DNA of 64,000 nucleotides from Eledone cirrhosa (taxonomy: Eukaryota), in assembly GCA_964016885.1 (NCBI GenBank), contig OZ024743.1, positions 144,708,001-144,772,000 on the forward strand, read 5' to 3'. The notes under the pieces are model-generated. The model was given only the letters and a program-made list of their open reading frames with translations, made no database searches and was not told where the DNA came from. Each line of letters starts with the position of its first letter. The first letter of the stretch is position 1. This document shows, piece by piece, positions 51,101-63,494 of this stretch. The translations under genes were made by a program, and so were the position numbers.

Positions 51101-54100
51101 AGCAACACAACCTTGTGGCAGGACAGTAAAATGGCCACGAAAACTCACAAAAACACCATACATCTAACCCCTAACGGCATTAACAAACTTCTTTTTCAGT
51201 TTTCAGATAGAACTAGTGCCTGTACACTGGTGATGTGTCAACTATTTGACTTTGAAAAACTTTGAACTTATTGAGCAATTTCTCTGCTCCCTTAGATTGA
51301 CTTTGAATTATCAGTTTGTTACATTCACATATTGCTTTGTAGAATGCAATTACTTGTTTTGTGCTCTTTTGCTATTTGCTTGCTCATGGTTTTTGTTCAT
51401 TCACGTTCTTTGCTGTTTTACATGCCTGCATGTGCACACATTTTTTTTGTATCACACACCAACATGTTGTTCTTGGTATATGTTCTTCAAACGTAATATT
51501 CTGCGAGTCCCTTTTCACCTGGTTGAGGTGCTGTCACATGCTAGCAGCTCACAGAGCTTAATCCACTGGATTCAAACAGGCACCGCAACACGAGAATACT
51601 AATTGCAGCTGAACTCAAACAGCTTCGCACCTCGTTGCACACTGATCGTCCATGACGGCCATCCGTCTTGTTTTTGCCCGACTCGCTGGGAAAGCAACAA
51701 ATTGAACTGGACTTGTCAGCATTTCGGCCACTTCTGTGGATTCGCCCGAATTATGGAATTTACACTGCAACCCACCTACAGATTAAACTTGCCTTTTTTT
51801 CTTTACAAAAAGCAACCAGCCATTTTTTCCTGGCTCCCTAGCACATTCGGCAATATATCTGGGAGGCCAACATTTTCTCGCCTACCCATCATCATCTTGC
51901 CAGCACTGGTGAACTACCATAATAGCTTCGTCCACAGCTACTGGTGCAGCACTTGCCATTGACATTTAATGCAAGAACAGCAACTTCGCCCATGTCAGAC
52001 TTTATCCGTTTTTGTTAGACCTTTGGCGGTCACGTATAAACAACAAAACAACTGGTCATTTGACACAGCGGCTCAACACGGCCCGTAGCGCCTCATTTTT
52101 TCTTGCATGCAGCCTTCTGCTCAATTGTTTTGTCACTGATGTGCTCTTTCAGCATTTGTTCTTGCTGATTTAATAATCTGTATCGACTACCGTCTAGAAA
52201 GGAGGTATTGTACTGACCTACATTCCGCGGGCTCATACATTCTCTGTGCGTGATTTGGCTCAGTTCAGCCAATCAGCGCCAGTAGAAGAGGATGTATCCC
52301 TACGCGCCCTGGGAAAGAAATTCCCCGCGAAGATTTGAAGAATCTTCCTCTGGTACCGGAAACTTCAAGCCAGCAACACGCATAATGTAACGGTGAGATA
52401 TTGCACCCTAGCCTTGCCGGCTTAACGGCGCAATGGCACATTCCCTTTTGTAACCTCTTTTTATCTGTAACTTCAACCATATAAGTTAACAAACATTGTT
52501 TGTGCTACATCAAAAATAAACATACATTTCATCTCTAATTACTGCTGTTGAAATCATTATTATGTTACTCGTGTCTCAATAACATCTATAATCCATGCTG
52601 CTGGAATTGGCGACCTGACGAAAGGAATATTGTAAATAGATCGAGGGACCTTCCCTCACGTCTATGTCAACAAGATAATCCAACGAGGATACTATCACTT
52701 ACCACACTGGCAACTAAAGACATTCAATCATCAACACTGCTAAATGACAAAAAACATTCTAGCTATGACCATCTCACAATTTTGTATATCAGAAACTAAA
52801 TTGTCCAATATGTCCTTTATTTAAGACAGTTGGATGTGATTTGCTGTTATTTCTAGTTAGTTGAAGAACTGTATAGAGAGGTAGGTACAACAAGTAGGCT
52901 TGAAAGGAAATGGAATGTAGCTAACATCAAAGGAATTAGCTGAATACGCCAGAAAGTACATGTAATGTGAAAAGTCTAGCCAACTGAAATGAAAATATAA
53001 CCATTGAAAATGGAGTACTATGCTAACTTACCTGACCATATTGCTGTGGACTCATGTAGGGACTTTGAACCATTGATCTTGGTACAGAAGGTGGGTTTCC
53101 TCCCTGGAATGGTAACTGCTAAAAAAGGAGAAAACGTGAATTCATTAAAATACATATTGATTAAAGATTTGGCAAAAATAATAAATAACACACAGTATAG
53201 GTGGAAGAAACAGGCATAATGGATATGTTAAAGTGGAAGTAGTAGTTATAACATGAGTTAAAGGAGGAGGAGGCATAGGTCACTAACAGAGCCAATTCCT
53301 GTTATAGGAGCAATACTCCACGCTATGCCTAGTTTGCCTTGCACACAACAGCTGTTCAATGGTAAATTACTTTGGGCTTGGAAGAAGAAGCTTAATTTCT
53401 TCTTCAAAGTAGTCCTGCAGAACATGCTCAATTTCTTTCCAGTCTTCACACATCTTCCACATCCAATGTCCATCTTCTGCTATCATGCAACAATTTCATA
53501 CACAACATACAACCTACTTTTCACTCAAAGAGAAAAACCCTTTGTTTGCCAGAAGAGGTAATAGCTCCTTAAATATTTTCTACCCAATTATTTCTCTAAG
53601 TATTTTGCTTTTGGAGCACCCACCTCCACTTGTTAACTAGGTTACTTATAAACTACTACTAAGGAGCTTCCTGAGCATTTGAAATTATATATTATATGAG
53701 TGTTTTTATTGTTAACTACTCATATGTATCTGCTACATATGAAATCTTTCTTCTCTATCAGCCTGCCTATGATACCACTGCATTTCTTGTGTACCCATAG
53801 TTTACATTTGGTACATTTAGAGATCTCACTCATTTTCTGCATATTGAGCATGGTTACCCGTTTGATGGCAGCAAAGTCCTGTTTAGCTGCCTGCTCCCTA
53901 AAACTTTTGTCTTTGATAAGTTTACTTTCAACTATGAGAATTAGGTCATTGGCATACCGAAGTTCCCATGGTCAGCTGATTTTAAACTCCTTTTTTAAAG
54001 CCATGAGAACTATAACAAACAGGGAAGGGCCAAGAACTGCGTTGTGATGGGCACATATCTGTATGCTAAATTTCATACAGAGCTTATTGCTAAGTCTCAA

Positions 54101-57100
54101 CTTGTTGATGACATCTCTGTACATAGCTTGTACAAGCCATTCAGCTAAACCTGGTTTTCTTAGCAACGACGAGGTTATAAAACATGGGACCCCATCAAGA
54201 GCCTTCTCCAACTCAATGAATATAAGAACTTACTCTTAGCTAAGAACTTTTCCTGTAGTTCTTGTTAGGAAAGGGCATCAGCAGTACCCTGCTCTGGTAA
54301 ACACCCAAATTGCATCTCAGCTATTTCTTTTCTTAATCAGTTGTGCTATAACTCTTTCTGTTACATTCATAACCTAATCCATTAATTTGATGCCTCCAGA
54401 AAATTCACTAGAGGTAATTTTAGAACATGTAGAAACTGCAATGTATTTACTATCAGCTAAATCTGTGCAGAGTCTGCAACTATTATGATAAAAAAAAAAT
54501 GTTAATGTGGTCAGTCAGATAATGAAATGTTGGTGTGATCAGTCAGTCTATAAAGTATAAATTAATATATGTATCAACGGAACTAATTGGAAAAAGTGTC
54601 AATATAGCCATTCAAATACTGAAATCTACAGTGGCAATTGAGTTTATGAGGTGTCGATGTAGCAGACTAATATAAGGTGTCATAAAGGCCTATCAGAAAA
54701 TCACCAGAGTTAAGTTCAATTCTAATTGTTTATTGCCATTATCTCATCTTTCACAGAGAAGTTATAACATTTTTGTCCATGAATTAATATTTGGCTTTGA
54801 TAAAGTTTTAGTTTTTTGCCTTAATATACACATTTCCAAGCCAGTAGAGACTGAAGCCAGCATTAATACATACACCTAACGAGCACATATTCAATTGTCA
54901 AATCAAAAAAATATTTGTAATTATAAGAAAGTATATTTCAGTAACACTAATGACTTTGATAGTGAAATAATATGCAACTGTTAATTATGGAGTAAATTGT
55001 GAAGTCTAACAAATATGTTAATAAAATCAATATGAAATGACAATACAATTAAAATGTTAATAACGCATGTTTTACATTAGGGCCTGCAACTGCCATTGGT
55101 GGACCAACCATTTGTTGCGGTGCCTGCTGTGGCGGTGGTTGCTGTTGCTGAGATGAAGTTTGCGGTGGTGGAACAGGTGGTTGAGAAGTTGGTGGAGGTT
55201 GAGTTGGTTGTGGAACTTGTGGTGGTGCTTGAGAAACCATGAAAGCATCATGCCTCTGTTGAAGATAAATTGATGAGAACAGTACTATCCATGACAGAAA
55301 AAAAAAACATTCTACAAGCTAACTAACTGGTGCTGATTAAACTAAGAGCTGAAACTATTCATCTAAAATCAATGAAAATTAGAAAAAAAAATCTTTTTTC
55401 CTTTTTAACACATTACTATCTTTTCTTTAATAACAAATAAAATATTTGACATATTCAATCTTAATCTGTACTGTGTTGTTAAATGATGGATGGAAAATGA
55501 CAATGTTATCTAGAAAGTTTTGAGTAAAGAGAACTACTACAGAAATAATATTTTTCACTTTTAACTTAAATACAATTTAATTATCAAAAATTCTGGCTTA
55601 AAATTTTATAATTATATGGAATGACTGAGAAAAATGATGTATGACCAAACAAGCAGAAAGGTAATGATATAGTTAAGTAACTGGATAAGAATTATAAACC
55701 ACCACTTCAATTATCTAAAGATCAACTGATTACTATCTAGACATGTATTACCATTAGAACTGGTGTTTTATATTGTTAATATAGACTATGCAATATCAGA
55801 AAATCGAAAGGAAATGAAAACTTACACAGGTACGAAGCCTCAAATTTATATAGATGGAGGTAAACATTATAATTACAAGTGCACCATCTCCATATAGAAT
55901 TAATTGTTTCTACTTTTGGCACAAGGCCAGCAATTACCCAGTGCATTACTGGTACTTTATTTTATCGACCCCGTAAGGATGAAAGTCCAAGTTATAGAAT
56001 TAATGACAATAAAAAAAATGTACCTTGAGATAAAAAGGACAGATCCTGAACACTATAGATCTTGCTTGCAGTCTGACCTGGACACAATGCAACAGTGGAT
56101 CTCAGACTGGCAACTCAAGCTAGCTGTGGACAAGTGCACCACCATGCATTTTGGGAGTAAAAACCCAGTGTCCACATACTCCCTCCACAGCACTAATATC
56201 AAGAAGTCTTCCTGTGAACGTGACCTGGGCATTACGGTCAGCAGCGATTTGCGTTGGACGAGGCACGTCTCTAAAATTGTCAAGAGGGCCGAGGGTGTCT
56301 TAGCATCACTCAGCAAGACCTTTGTCAGCCGCTCTCCAGATATCTATTTAAGGCTGTATACAGCTATGGTGCGACCACACTTAGAATTTGCATCACCAGT
56401 CTGGAACCCCTATCTTGCTCAGGACATTGACCGCCTGGAAACTGTTCAGAGACGTGCAATCAAGCGAATACCCTCCATCAGGCATCTACCATACTCTGAG
56501 CGCCTTGCTTCCCTGGGCATGGATTCATTGAAGCTCCGACGCCTGGCAACTGACTTGGTAAACACCCACAAAATTGTTAACCATGTTGCCAACAACAACC
56601 CTGAGTGCCTTTTCGATTTCCATGTGTCTAACACACGTGGACATGCCCACAAAGTAAGAAAACAGCACAGTTCCCATGACTTTCGGAAACATTTTTTCAC
56701 GCTCAGAGTTGCTGAAGCATGGAACAAACTACCTGCATCAGTTGTTAGCTGTCGAGACACTGCATCCTTTAAGGCCTCCATGCTTCCCGAGATCCGCCAA
56801 CACTACAGCTAACACATACAAACATGTACTTCCCTGGCATTTGTGTATTATTCTATGTACTATATTGACGAGTTGTAGTGCACCTGAGCACTTTACACAA
56901 TAATTTCATTATTATTATTTTAAAACATGTCTGCAGTTATTATTTTGTTGCAATGCCAAAAAGAAGTAAAATAGACATGGAAGTGAGCATGCAGTTATTT
57001 AAAGTTCTTGCTTTCAGTTGATATGGTCTGCAACAGCGATAGATTAATAACATGATATACAAAGCAACAAAATCCAAAGACGAAAGTAAAAATACACACC

Positions 57101-57470
57101 TGCAGTGTAACAGGTTTTGGTTGGTTAACAGGAGTGCGAGCTGGCATAATATGGCGCTGTTGGTATTGCATGTGATTTAACATACCTAGACAAGAAAATT
57201 AAACATCTTTCAAAACTTCAAGCATGTTATTACATTGTTTAAGGTTTTAATTGACTTGGGAGAAAAACTACAAGCATTTTCAAATTTAATAGATTCTCAC
57301 ATCGATTTCAACATGAGGATCCAGACAACCTATTCAGTTTGGATGTTTATATCAGGTATAACATTTTAGTCCTATCAAAGATTTGCAAGCAAGTCCACAG
57401 ATCATGCAAGGGTGAGGATTACTGGACAAAGTTGCTTGTATGTTTGATAATGGTTTTGTCTTCCCGATGA

Positions 57471-57507
<37 letters not shown>

Positions 57508-60166
57508 TAGCTGAGGTACCCGGCTTCACCCAGGAGAACAGTTAAGAGAAGACGAATAAAAGAGAAAACGACTGTATTGGATAGGTTGCCTGGTTTATGG
57601 TGAGACCTTAATGTGTGTGTGTGAGAAAGAGAGAGAGAAAGACAAAAAAAAAAACAACATTCATAAAACTTCCTTATTAGGCTGGGGGAGTAAACTGCCG
57701 ATTTATGGTAGCATTGGCCTTGGATTTTAAATGTGAAATAACCATAGTCAGTATGATTTTTTTCAGCTCCAAAGAATGTCCTTTGAAACGCAGCAATATA
57801 CCGCATAACATTGCTTCTGAAGTGTTTAGCTTCGTTAGTATGGTCTATAAGCTGGAGAGTCCTCTATCAGTGGAAGCCTAACCTTTCCTCCTAAGCAACA
57901 CATGCCAAGTGTAATAATATCCATGCTACCAATTGCAACTTTAGGATCATTTCTATAATTCTTTGATGGATCATATGAAAACGCAGCTCTTAGCCAGTTT
58001 ATTCTGCCTTGAAGAGTCGTTTGCATCGAAACTGTCATTGCCTCTTGGTATTTTCATATTGAACCTCTGTTTATTGCGATTATCTTTCTGTTTCCTGTTT
58101 CAGGTTCTGTACACTTTCTGAAAGTTGCAATCGTCTTTCTTGTTGTTTTAACCTTTCTGTTTCCTGTCTCATATTCTGAATTAGGTCAATAATAACATTA
58201 TCCTCAAAAAGCTAAATTAATATACACCATAGATTAATTTCAAATAGTATCAATTTTTTCTGTGTTCTGCAAAATCAAAGACTGGTGTAAAACAACTTTA
58301 CAAAAGCTAACGTAATACTGTTAAACATTCAACTGATACTTTGATCTGTAGTTTAAGCCAATTCTAGACTTTTGTGGGATGTCACTCTCTCTCTGAATAT
58401 CTAACACTTTAATTGTATCTCTTTGTATAATGGTCTCTCCCTCTGTGTCTTTCTGTCTTTAGATGTGTGTGTTCGTTATGTCACAGAAATGTATGTATAC
58501 TCACACAAACACACATTCACACACATATACTTGTCAGTCATCACATATGTATATGCGTGTGTGTGTGTGTGTGTGTGTGTTTAATTCTCTATGTATCTGA
58601 TTAAATATTTATGTGAAGATAATGTGTATGCAACTTACTAAGGCCTAACATACGTAACAAACGCGCAAACACACACTCATACAAAATGTGATGTCATAGT
58701 GTTATAAAATGTCTTGATTATAGTGGATTATTTTAGGTAAAATGTTATATAACTACTGACTATAGTAGATTATTTTAGATAAAATGTTATATAACTACTG
58801 ATCTAATGTCTATGATGATAATAATAGCTGTTATTAGCCACAGGTCAGCTCTGATCAAACAGACCGAAAACCAAAGGTATATTGGCGTGACTACAACTTT
58901 TTTTTTTAGATATTGTATAAGACTTACCTTATCTAATTTGTCCCTTTTTTGTAAAAAAAGTGAATAGGTTGTAATTTGAGGCTGTTTTAGTTTTTGCAGG
59001 CTCAACAACCATGTAGAGGTTTCTAATAGTTGTTCATGTAATTGTTGCGAAAAAAATGGGAAATTGTAATGTTCATATCATCCATAAGAGTGATAGTAAT
59101 ACAAATGAAGAGAAATGGAAACAACTAGGAAAGAAAATTGGTTGGCAAACTTCATTTATCAAGAACTTACCATTTCGTTATAATGTTCTCCACATTAATA
59201 ATATTTCATTTAAACATGAAGACTTAGAAATACAGTCTATGGGGAAACAAAATCTATGCCTTTCTCAAAGGTTTTTATTGTGGTTACAATTGGAGATTGA
59301 AACCTAACCACTGATATAATTCACCAAAACTAACCATATAGCAGTATCCATAAGGTTGACAATCAAAATAATTGTAATAACAATTAAAACTGATAATATT
59401 TTCTTACATAGACACAAGGCTAGAAATTTGGTGGGGCAGTGAACAGTTGGTTGAATATATTGATACCAATACTTAACAGGTACTATTTTATCAATCCCAG
59501 GTGGATGAAAGGCAAAATTGATCTTAGCAGTATTTCAGCTTGAAATGTAAAAAGATGAAACTAAATACTGCCAGTCATTCTGTACAACATTCTCAAATTC
59601 TGTGACCTATCACTCTCAAACAGTAGCAGAAATAATGGTGATTTCTACACTTTGCCATATAGGACAACAAAGAGGAAATTTTACAACATAGCAACAACAA
59701 TAACATTAAGTTTAATAACAATAAGAATATTAAAAATAGAGAATACATACAATGCAACAGTAACAAGAAACTGATTATTCAGTTTCATCTAAGAACATAA
59801 CAAAATGGTAATTTTTATGATGTTCCTGGATGAAATTATAATGGAATTTTCAACAAGTATTATTGTTTATCCCTTTAAAACTAACATTTTAATGTTTTAT
59901 TAAAACTAATATTTTCTGACCCAAAGGTCGGGGTAAATTAATTTCTTGTCTTTTTTAACACACACACATATATATGATGTAACAGCGTGTAAGTTCTACT
60001 TAGTACTACTACCTATAAAATAGAGAAACTACAATACAGGTTATTTGAAGAGTAATTCCAAATAAATAATCAGAAACTGATAGGTATAGTAGGCATTTGA
60101 AATAAAATTGAGATTTCATATTTTGTTACTCACGTGGAAAATTTTGTGGGTATCCTTTCATACGTT
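39117..60166 (-). CDS. MED15: Mediator of RNA polymerase II transcription subunit 15, partial (14 C-terminal exons, 1418 coding nt; 5' exons outside the window)
   Basis: All introns GT-AG and phase-consistent; protein includes PSPGSALNTPG, YLEKLKQLSKFIDPLRRMI, KMKNLLEILSDPSKRLPMATLLKCE, CQPLLD..NHTLHRTFGPA, LQGEIARL, LICKLDDKNLPSVPP..VPEDYP, SVTTLLDTWEMSVRRMC. Confidence 0.93.
39772..39869 (-). CDS. MED15: MED15 exon (TATPFLQGVQNALQSSLQKMPDHFSVTTLLDTW)
   Basis: ag/gtatgt, 98 nt. Confidence 0.92.
41222..41320 (-). CDS. MED15: MED15 exon (DDKNLPSVPPILIVVPEDYPSTSPQCDSNAEDY)
   Basis: ccag/gtcagt, 99 nt. Confidence 0.92.
41463..41678. mobile_element. Degenerate piggyBac-like MITE
   Basis: TTAA|CCTGTTAGCATTT ... 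AAATGCTAAAGGA|TTAA. Confidence 0.45.
42080..42730 (-). pseudogene. Degenerate RTE LINE 3' fragment in a MED15 intron
   Basis: QVEKFKYL..IFISDG, AKLTIF, QVAEMEFLQRVFGVTLLDRVRS. Confidence 0.7.
44340..44506 (-). CDS. MED15: MED15 exon (VPSPPPIKKPK...LQGEIARL...HLICKL)
   Basis: tcag/gtaagg, 167 nt. Confidence 0.93.
44971..45137 (-). CDS. MED15: MED15 exon (PSSGDG...CQPLLDS...NHTLHRTFGPAIAALRGQPI)
   Basis: ttag/gtaagt, 167 nt. Confidence 0.93.
46361..46424 (-). CDS. MED15: MED15 exon (LPMATLLKCEQVLLKMELSKP)
   Basis: gcag/gtaagt, 64 nt. Confidence 0.92.
46510..46576 (-). CDS. MED15: MED15 exon (DNKKDQSHKMKNLLEILSDPSKR)
   Basis: tcag/gtatgt, 67 nt. Confidence 0.92.
46823..47275. mobile_element. 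Old pogo-like MITE
   Basis: Imperfect TIRs TA|CCATGTATGCTTATATAA / TTACACAAGTATATATGG|TA. Confidence 0.45.
47954..48082 (-). CDS. MED15: MED15 exon (NPGSVGTTASPSEDQAYLEKLKQLSKFIDPLRRMIRKTETEE)
   Basis: atag/gtgaaa, 129 nt. Confidence 0.93.
48251..48378 (-). CDS. MED15: MED15 exon (SHMVHSPANLAAPSP...PSPGSALNTP)
   Basis: ctag/gtgaga, 128 nt. Confidence 0.9.
49775..49845 (-). CDS. MED15: MED15 exon (SPSQVQPTSNVSQLNTAHSPATQ)
   Basis: gtag/gtttgt, 71 nt; supplies the required phase 0->2. Confidence 0.8.
50115..52743 (+). mobile_element. Non-autonomous Gypsy-type LTR element (LTRs 50115-50651 and 52209-52743)
   Basis: Near-identical ~536-bp LTRs, ATGAC target-site duplication, PBS TGGTGACCGACGT (tRNA-Trp-like), PPT AGAAAGGAGG, no intact ORF. 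Confidence 0.92.
53032..53118 (-). CDS. MED15: MED15 exon (QLPFQGGNPPSVPRSMVQSPYMSPQQYGQ)
   Basis: tag|cag tandem acceptor / gtaagt, 87 or 84 nt. Confidence 0.85.
53250..54410 (-). pseudogene. Highly degenerate RTE LINE fragment
   Basis: GGIKLMD.VM, EMQFGC, EKALDGVP, WLVQAMY, LGPSLFVIVL remnants. Confidence 0.7.
55076..55255 (-). CDS. MED15: MED15 Pro/Gln-rich exon (RHDAFMVSQAPPQ...VAGPN)
   Basis: acag/gtaaaa, 180 nt, phase 0. Confidence 0.82.
56020..56920 (+). mobile_element. CR1/L2-group LINE 3' fragment
   Basis: LQSDLD...WQLKLAVDKC, ERDLGI, VRPHLEFAS.VWNP, LETVQRRA, RGH, FFTLRV..WNKLP; (ATT)n tail. Confidence 0.88.
57100..57185 (-). CDS. MED15: MED15 exon (RMLNHMQYQQRHIMPARTPVNQPKPVTLQ)
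   Basis: ctag/gtgtgt, 86 nt, phase 1->0. Confidence 0.78.
57507..58727 (-). mobile_element. Short non-autonomous Helitron in a MED15 intron
   Basis: CTAG|T at 57507 with an adjacent GC hairpin; 5' TC at 58727 (alternatively 58769); remnants AAFSYDP..GMCCLGGKV.LP and AFQRTFFGA..TFKIQGQCYH. Confidence 0.8.
60134..60166 (-). CDS. MED15: MED15 33-nt micro-exon (RMKGYPQNFP)
   Basis: ttcttctgcag/gtgagt; ends in phase 1, matching the next exon. Confidence 0.65.
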
Positions 60167-60665
60167 CTGCAGAAGAAGAAAATCAATAGTTGAGTCAAAT
60201 GCTCTGATTTAACATGATTTTATCAGCAAAGAGCTGAACTTAAAACTAGCTTAGGTCAAGATGTGAGGTGGGTGGGAGTCTGTGATAACATCCAAAAGAA
60301 TGCAATATTATATCATATGTCAAACTGCATTCATCAGTTTTAGAAGTATCAATCATTAAATAAATTACTGACACTCACTACTTTGGTAATTAAGAACTAT
60401 TATTGCATATACCACAAACAAATCAAATGTAAAATAGTTTAGTTCTTTCCACTTTGCAGTTTAGTTTTAACATTTCAAATGTAATGAATATCTCACATCT
60501 GACCTAATTATTTGATCAGGTATGACATTTACAACAGCAACATCAATAATTTAAAGTTAGTACAATTTTCCATTAATTTTGTTTCCTCATAAGTAAAGGG
60601 ATTGGTTATAAAATCTTATATGAGCAGAATGCTAGTCTCAAATTATACTGAGTTGTATTTAAAAA

Positions 60666-60708
60666 CTATGCTCCAGACACCATCCTAATAGGATGGTGTC
60701 TGGAGCAT
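60666..60708. repeat. Perfect 21-bp-arm palindrome
   Basis: TATGCTCCAGACACCATCCTA-A-TAGGATGGTGTCTGGAGCATA. Confidence 0.95.
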
Positions 60709-61683
60709 AATTTAAAGGTTCTTACATAAAATTATGGTGGAAGGTGTTTTTTAGATAAATATAGACATTTAAAAATACTTTTGTATCATAGATGTAGAAG
60801 TATTTCAGGCAGATTGGTATTGAAAAGGTTAAGAAATGTTGTTTATTTTGAGCTGAAACTGCTCAATATTCATGCTTTACCTATTCTCAATCAGTAATAG
60901 AAATGAAATAGCAAATCTTACTAAATAATAATAAAATCTTGAATATGAAATGTAAGTTAATGATAAAGCATTTTGAAGAAATTTAATAAAAAATATTTAT
61001 AGTAACAAAGATATTAGCTCTGAATGAATGAATATTTAGGATAAAATTCCTATGTCATGAAATATTCTTTATGATGATTTTAGGAAAGCCAGTATAATGT
61101 AAATTAGAAATACATGAAGGAAAATTAGAGTAAAATAAGAAAAACACAAACATCTATTTATACTTTTACTTTATCATCATTTTACGTTCGTTTTCCATGC
61201 AGACATGGGTTGGATGGGTTGTTGCAGTTCAAGACCAGACATAGTAGGATAACTACAGCTTGCTTATACATTCCATATTTTTTATGGTTTCTACAGCTGG
61301 AAGCCTTTCTTAATACCAACCACTTTACAGAATCTACTGGATGCATTTTATTGTGGCACCTGCACTACCACTTTAGAGAGTTTCTGGGTGAATTTTATAA
61401 TACGTTATATGTCATCTTCTGAAGTTAGGACGTCTTTTGCAAGACAAACAAAACAGTGAGGTGTTCGTGATGAATATTTTACCAGCACTTGATGTTAAAG
61501 TTTCTCAAGCTGATGGAAATAGAACAGTAGCGAGCAAGAACAATAATCCAAATGTCATAGAAAATTTTAGAACATAATTGCTCCATCAAAATAATTACCA
61601 TTATTCTTTTTACTCAGAGTTATCAAAGAAAGTTGTTTGCAGTGGCTTACTTAGGTATGCCCTCAGTTATATAAACAGCCACT

Positions 61684-62410
61684 CATCATCATCATCATCA
61701 CCGTTTTACGTCCATTCTTCCACGCTAGCATGGGTTAGACGGGTTGTCCTGTTGTGGGCAGTGTCTGGTCGGCCGACCATGCCTTGCTCATACAGGAACT
61801 GATCTGGCTTGATTTCTACAGCTGGATGCCCTTCCTAACACCAACCTCATTTACAGTGAGTGCTGGGTGCTTTTTCGCGGCGCCTACACGTCCACTTTAC
61901 AGTGTGGGCTGGGTGCTTTTTTGCTGTGGCACCTCCACGACCACCTTGCGGTGGGGGGTGTGGGGGCATATTGTCTATATGCTTCAGCTTGTACCCATGG
62001 GAGGTTGGGTACTCTGTATTACTGCGTGACGCCAGAAGTCACGGTCGTGTGTCATTGTCTTTGAGAGGTGTAATTGGGTAAGGTCGGCTTTTATCACCTC
62101 ATCCCAGGTCATCTTGGGTCTCCCCACTCCGCGGTTTCCATCAACTTCTAGTGCTCTGCACCTTTTTATGCAGCTGTCATCCTTCATACGCATCACATGT
62201 CCATACCAACGCAACCACCTCTCCTGCACACGGCATTTATTCCTCTTATGCTCAGTCTCTCTCTCAATTCCTTTATGCTTTGTCGTTCACGTATATTACT
62301 GTTACACATCCATCGGAGCATGCAGGCTTCGTTTCTCTCTAATCTACGTAAGTCTTCCACCTTCAGCGCCCAGGTCTCACTGCCATGCAACATCACTGTT
62401 CGGATACACC
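61684..62410 (-). mobile_element. 5'-truncated RTE LINE, near-identical to 35482-36180
   Basis: Matching ORF-track peptides; (GAT)n tail. Confidence 0.9.
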
Positions 62411-62411
62411 T

Positions 62412-62550
62412 CACTAGCTAATGATACGAAAGTGGTACAGGCAATCAAGAACACTGAGCATGCGACATACTTACAGCAAGACCTGGATGCAATATACAAA
62501 TGGGCTGAAGACAACAACATGCAATTTAATGCTGGGAAATTTCAACCCTT
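62412..62550 (+). pseudogene. CR1/L2-group RT fragment
   Basis: ANDTKV...LQQDLDAIYKWAEDNNMQFNAGKFQ. Confidence 0.75.
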
Positions 62551-63494
62551 TTACGACCAGCCAGAAGTACTAACACACTGCTGTCAAGCTACACAAGACA
62601 AGGAGGAATTGAAATCAGAGTTACAATCAGTGTGTAACCTGGGAATCAACATTAGCCCTGTTGCACCATGTTCCCGGTATAGTGGTCATAGCCTAAATGT
62701 AATCTCTACTGGATTACTGTTAAAATGGTAATGAACAACACGCGTAGAAAAAAAAAGATAAAATATTAAAATAGACAACAAATTATGTTGCAGCTTTGTA
62801 GTGACGTGTGTTTATGACTGATTGTTAATCATGTCCCCTGTTAGCTCTTGTTTACTTTTGTTTTTAATCGGAAAAAAAAAAAAAAGGGTTTTGTTTTATT
62901 TTTGCATGTGATCAACCCAGCACTTCGACTGATAAACGAGCAATTGAGAAAATTGTTGATATTTTATTTATTCTATGGATGAAGGTGAACAAGAATTTCA
63001 ACAAGTTTACCCTTATGCAAACAATGAGAGTGATTCAGATAATGAAACTTGTGAGAGTGGTGAGCAAAGTAGAGATTCGAGTGAACATATTGTGCGTGGC
63101 TCTTGCATAGCTGATATTGATAGAGGTGGTGGAGATAATCAAATTTAGATGAAGGGTGGGTAGACACAATTACTGCGCTTTGTCTTGATTCGGTCCATTA
63201 GTTTACCTACAATCATTACTCTTGAGTTGTGTATGCAACTATTTATTTTTTGCTGAAGAGCTCAGGTGGAGTGTAAAGTTAGACATAGAGACCCAGGTCT
63301 GAGAGGGTTAGAAATGAATATGCCGATGACGAACAAGATGAATTGTAAGATCATTTAGGATGAGAGACCAAGAAACCATGATTGTTCTGTGAAAGACAAT
63401 TGTCTTCAGTTGACTATTTGCTCTCAGTTATAGTCACCACATAGTGTTGAATTAATAACAGAAACTGAAACAACCCAACACTGCAATCCAATAC

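Noticed and set aside
55904-56812. 302-aa ORF as an antisense gene nested in MED15
   Set aside because: The N-terminus is SINE sequence and the rest is a CR1/L2 RT tail lacking the catalytic core.
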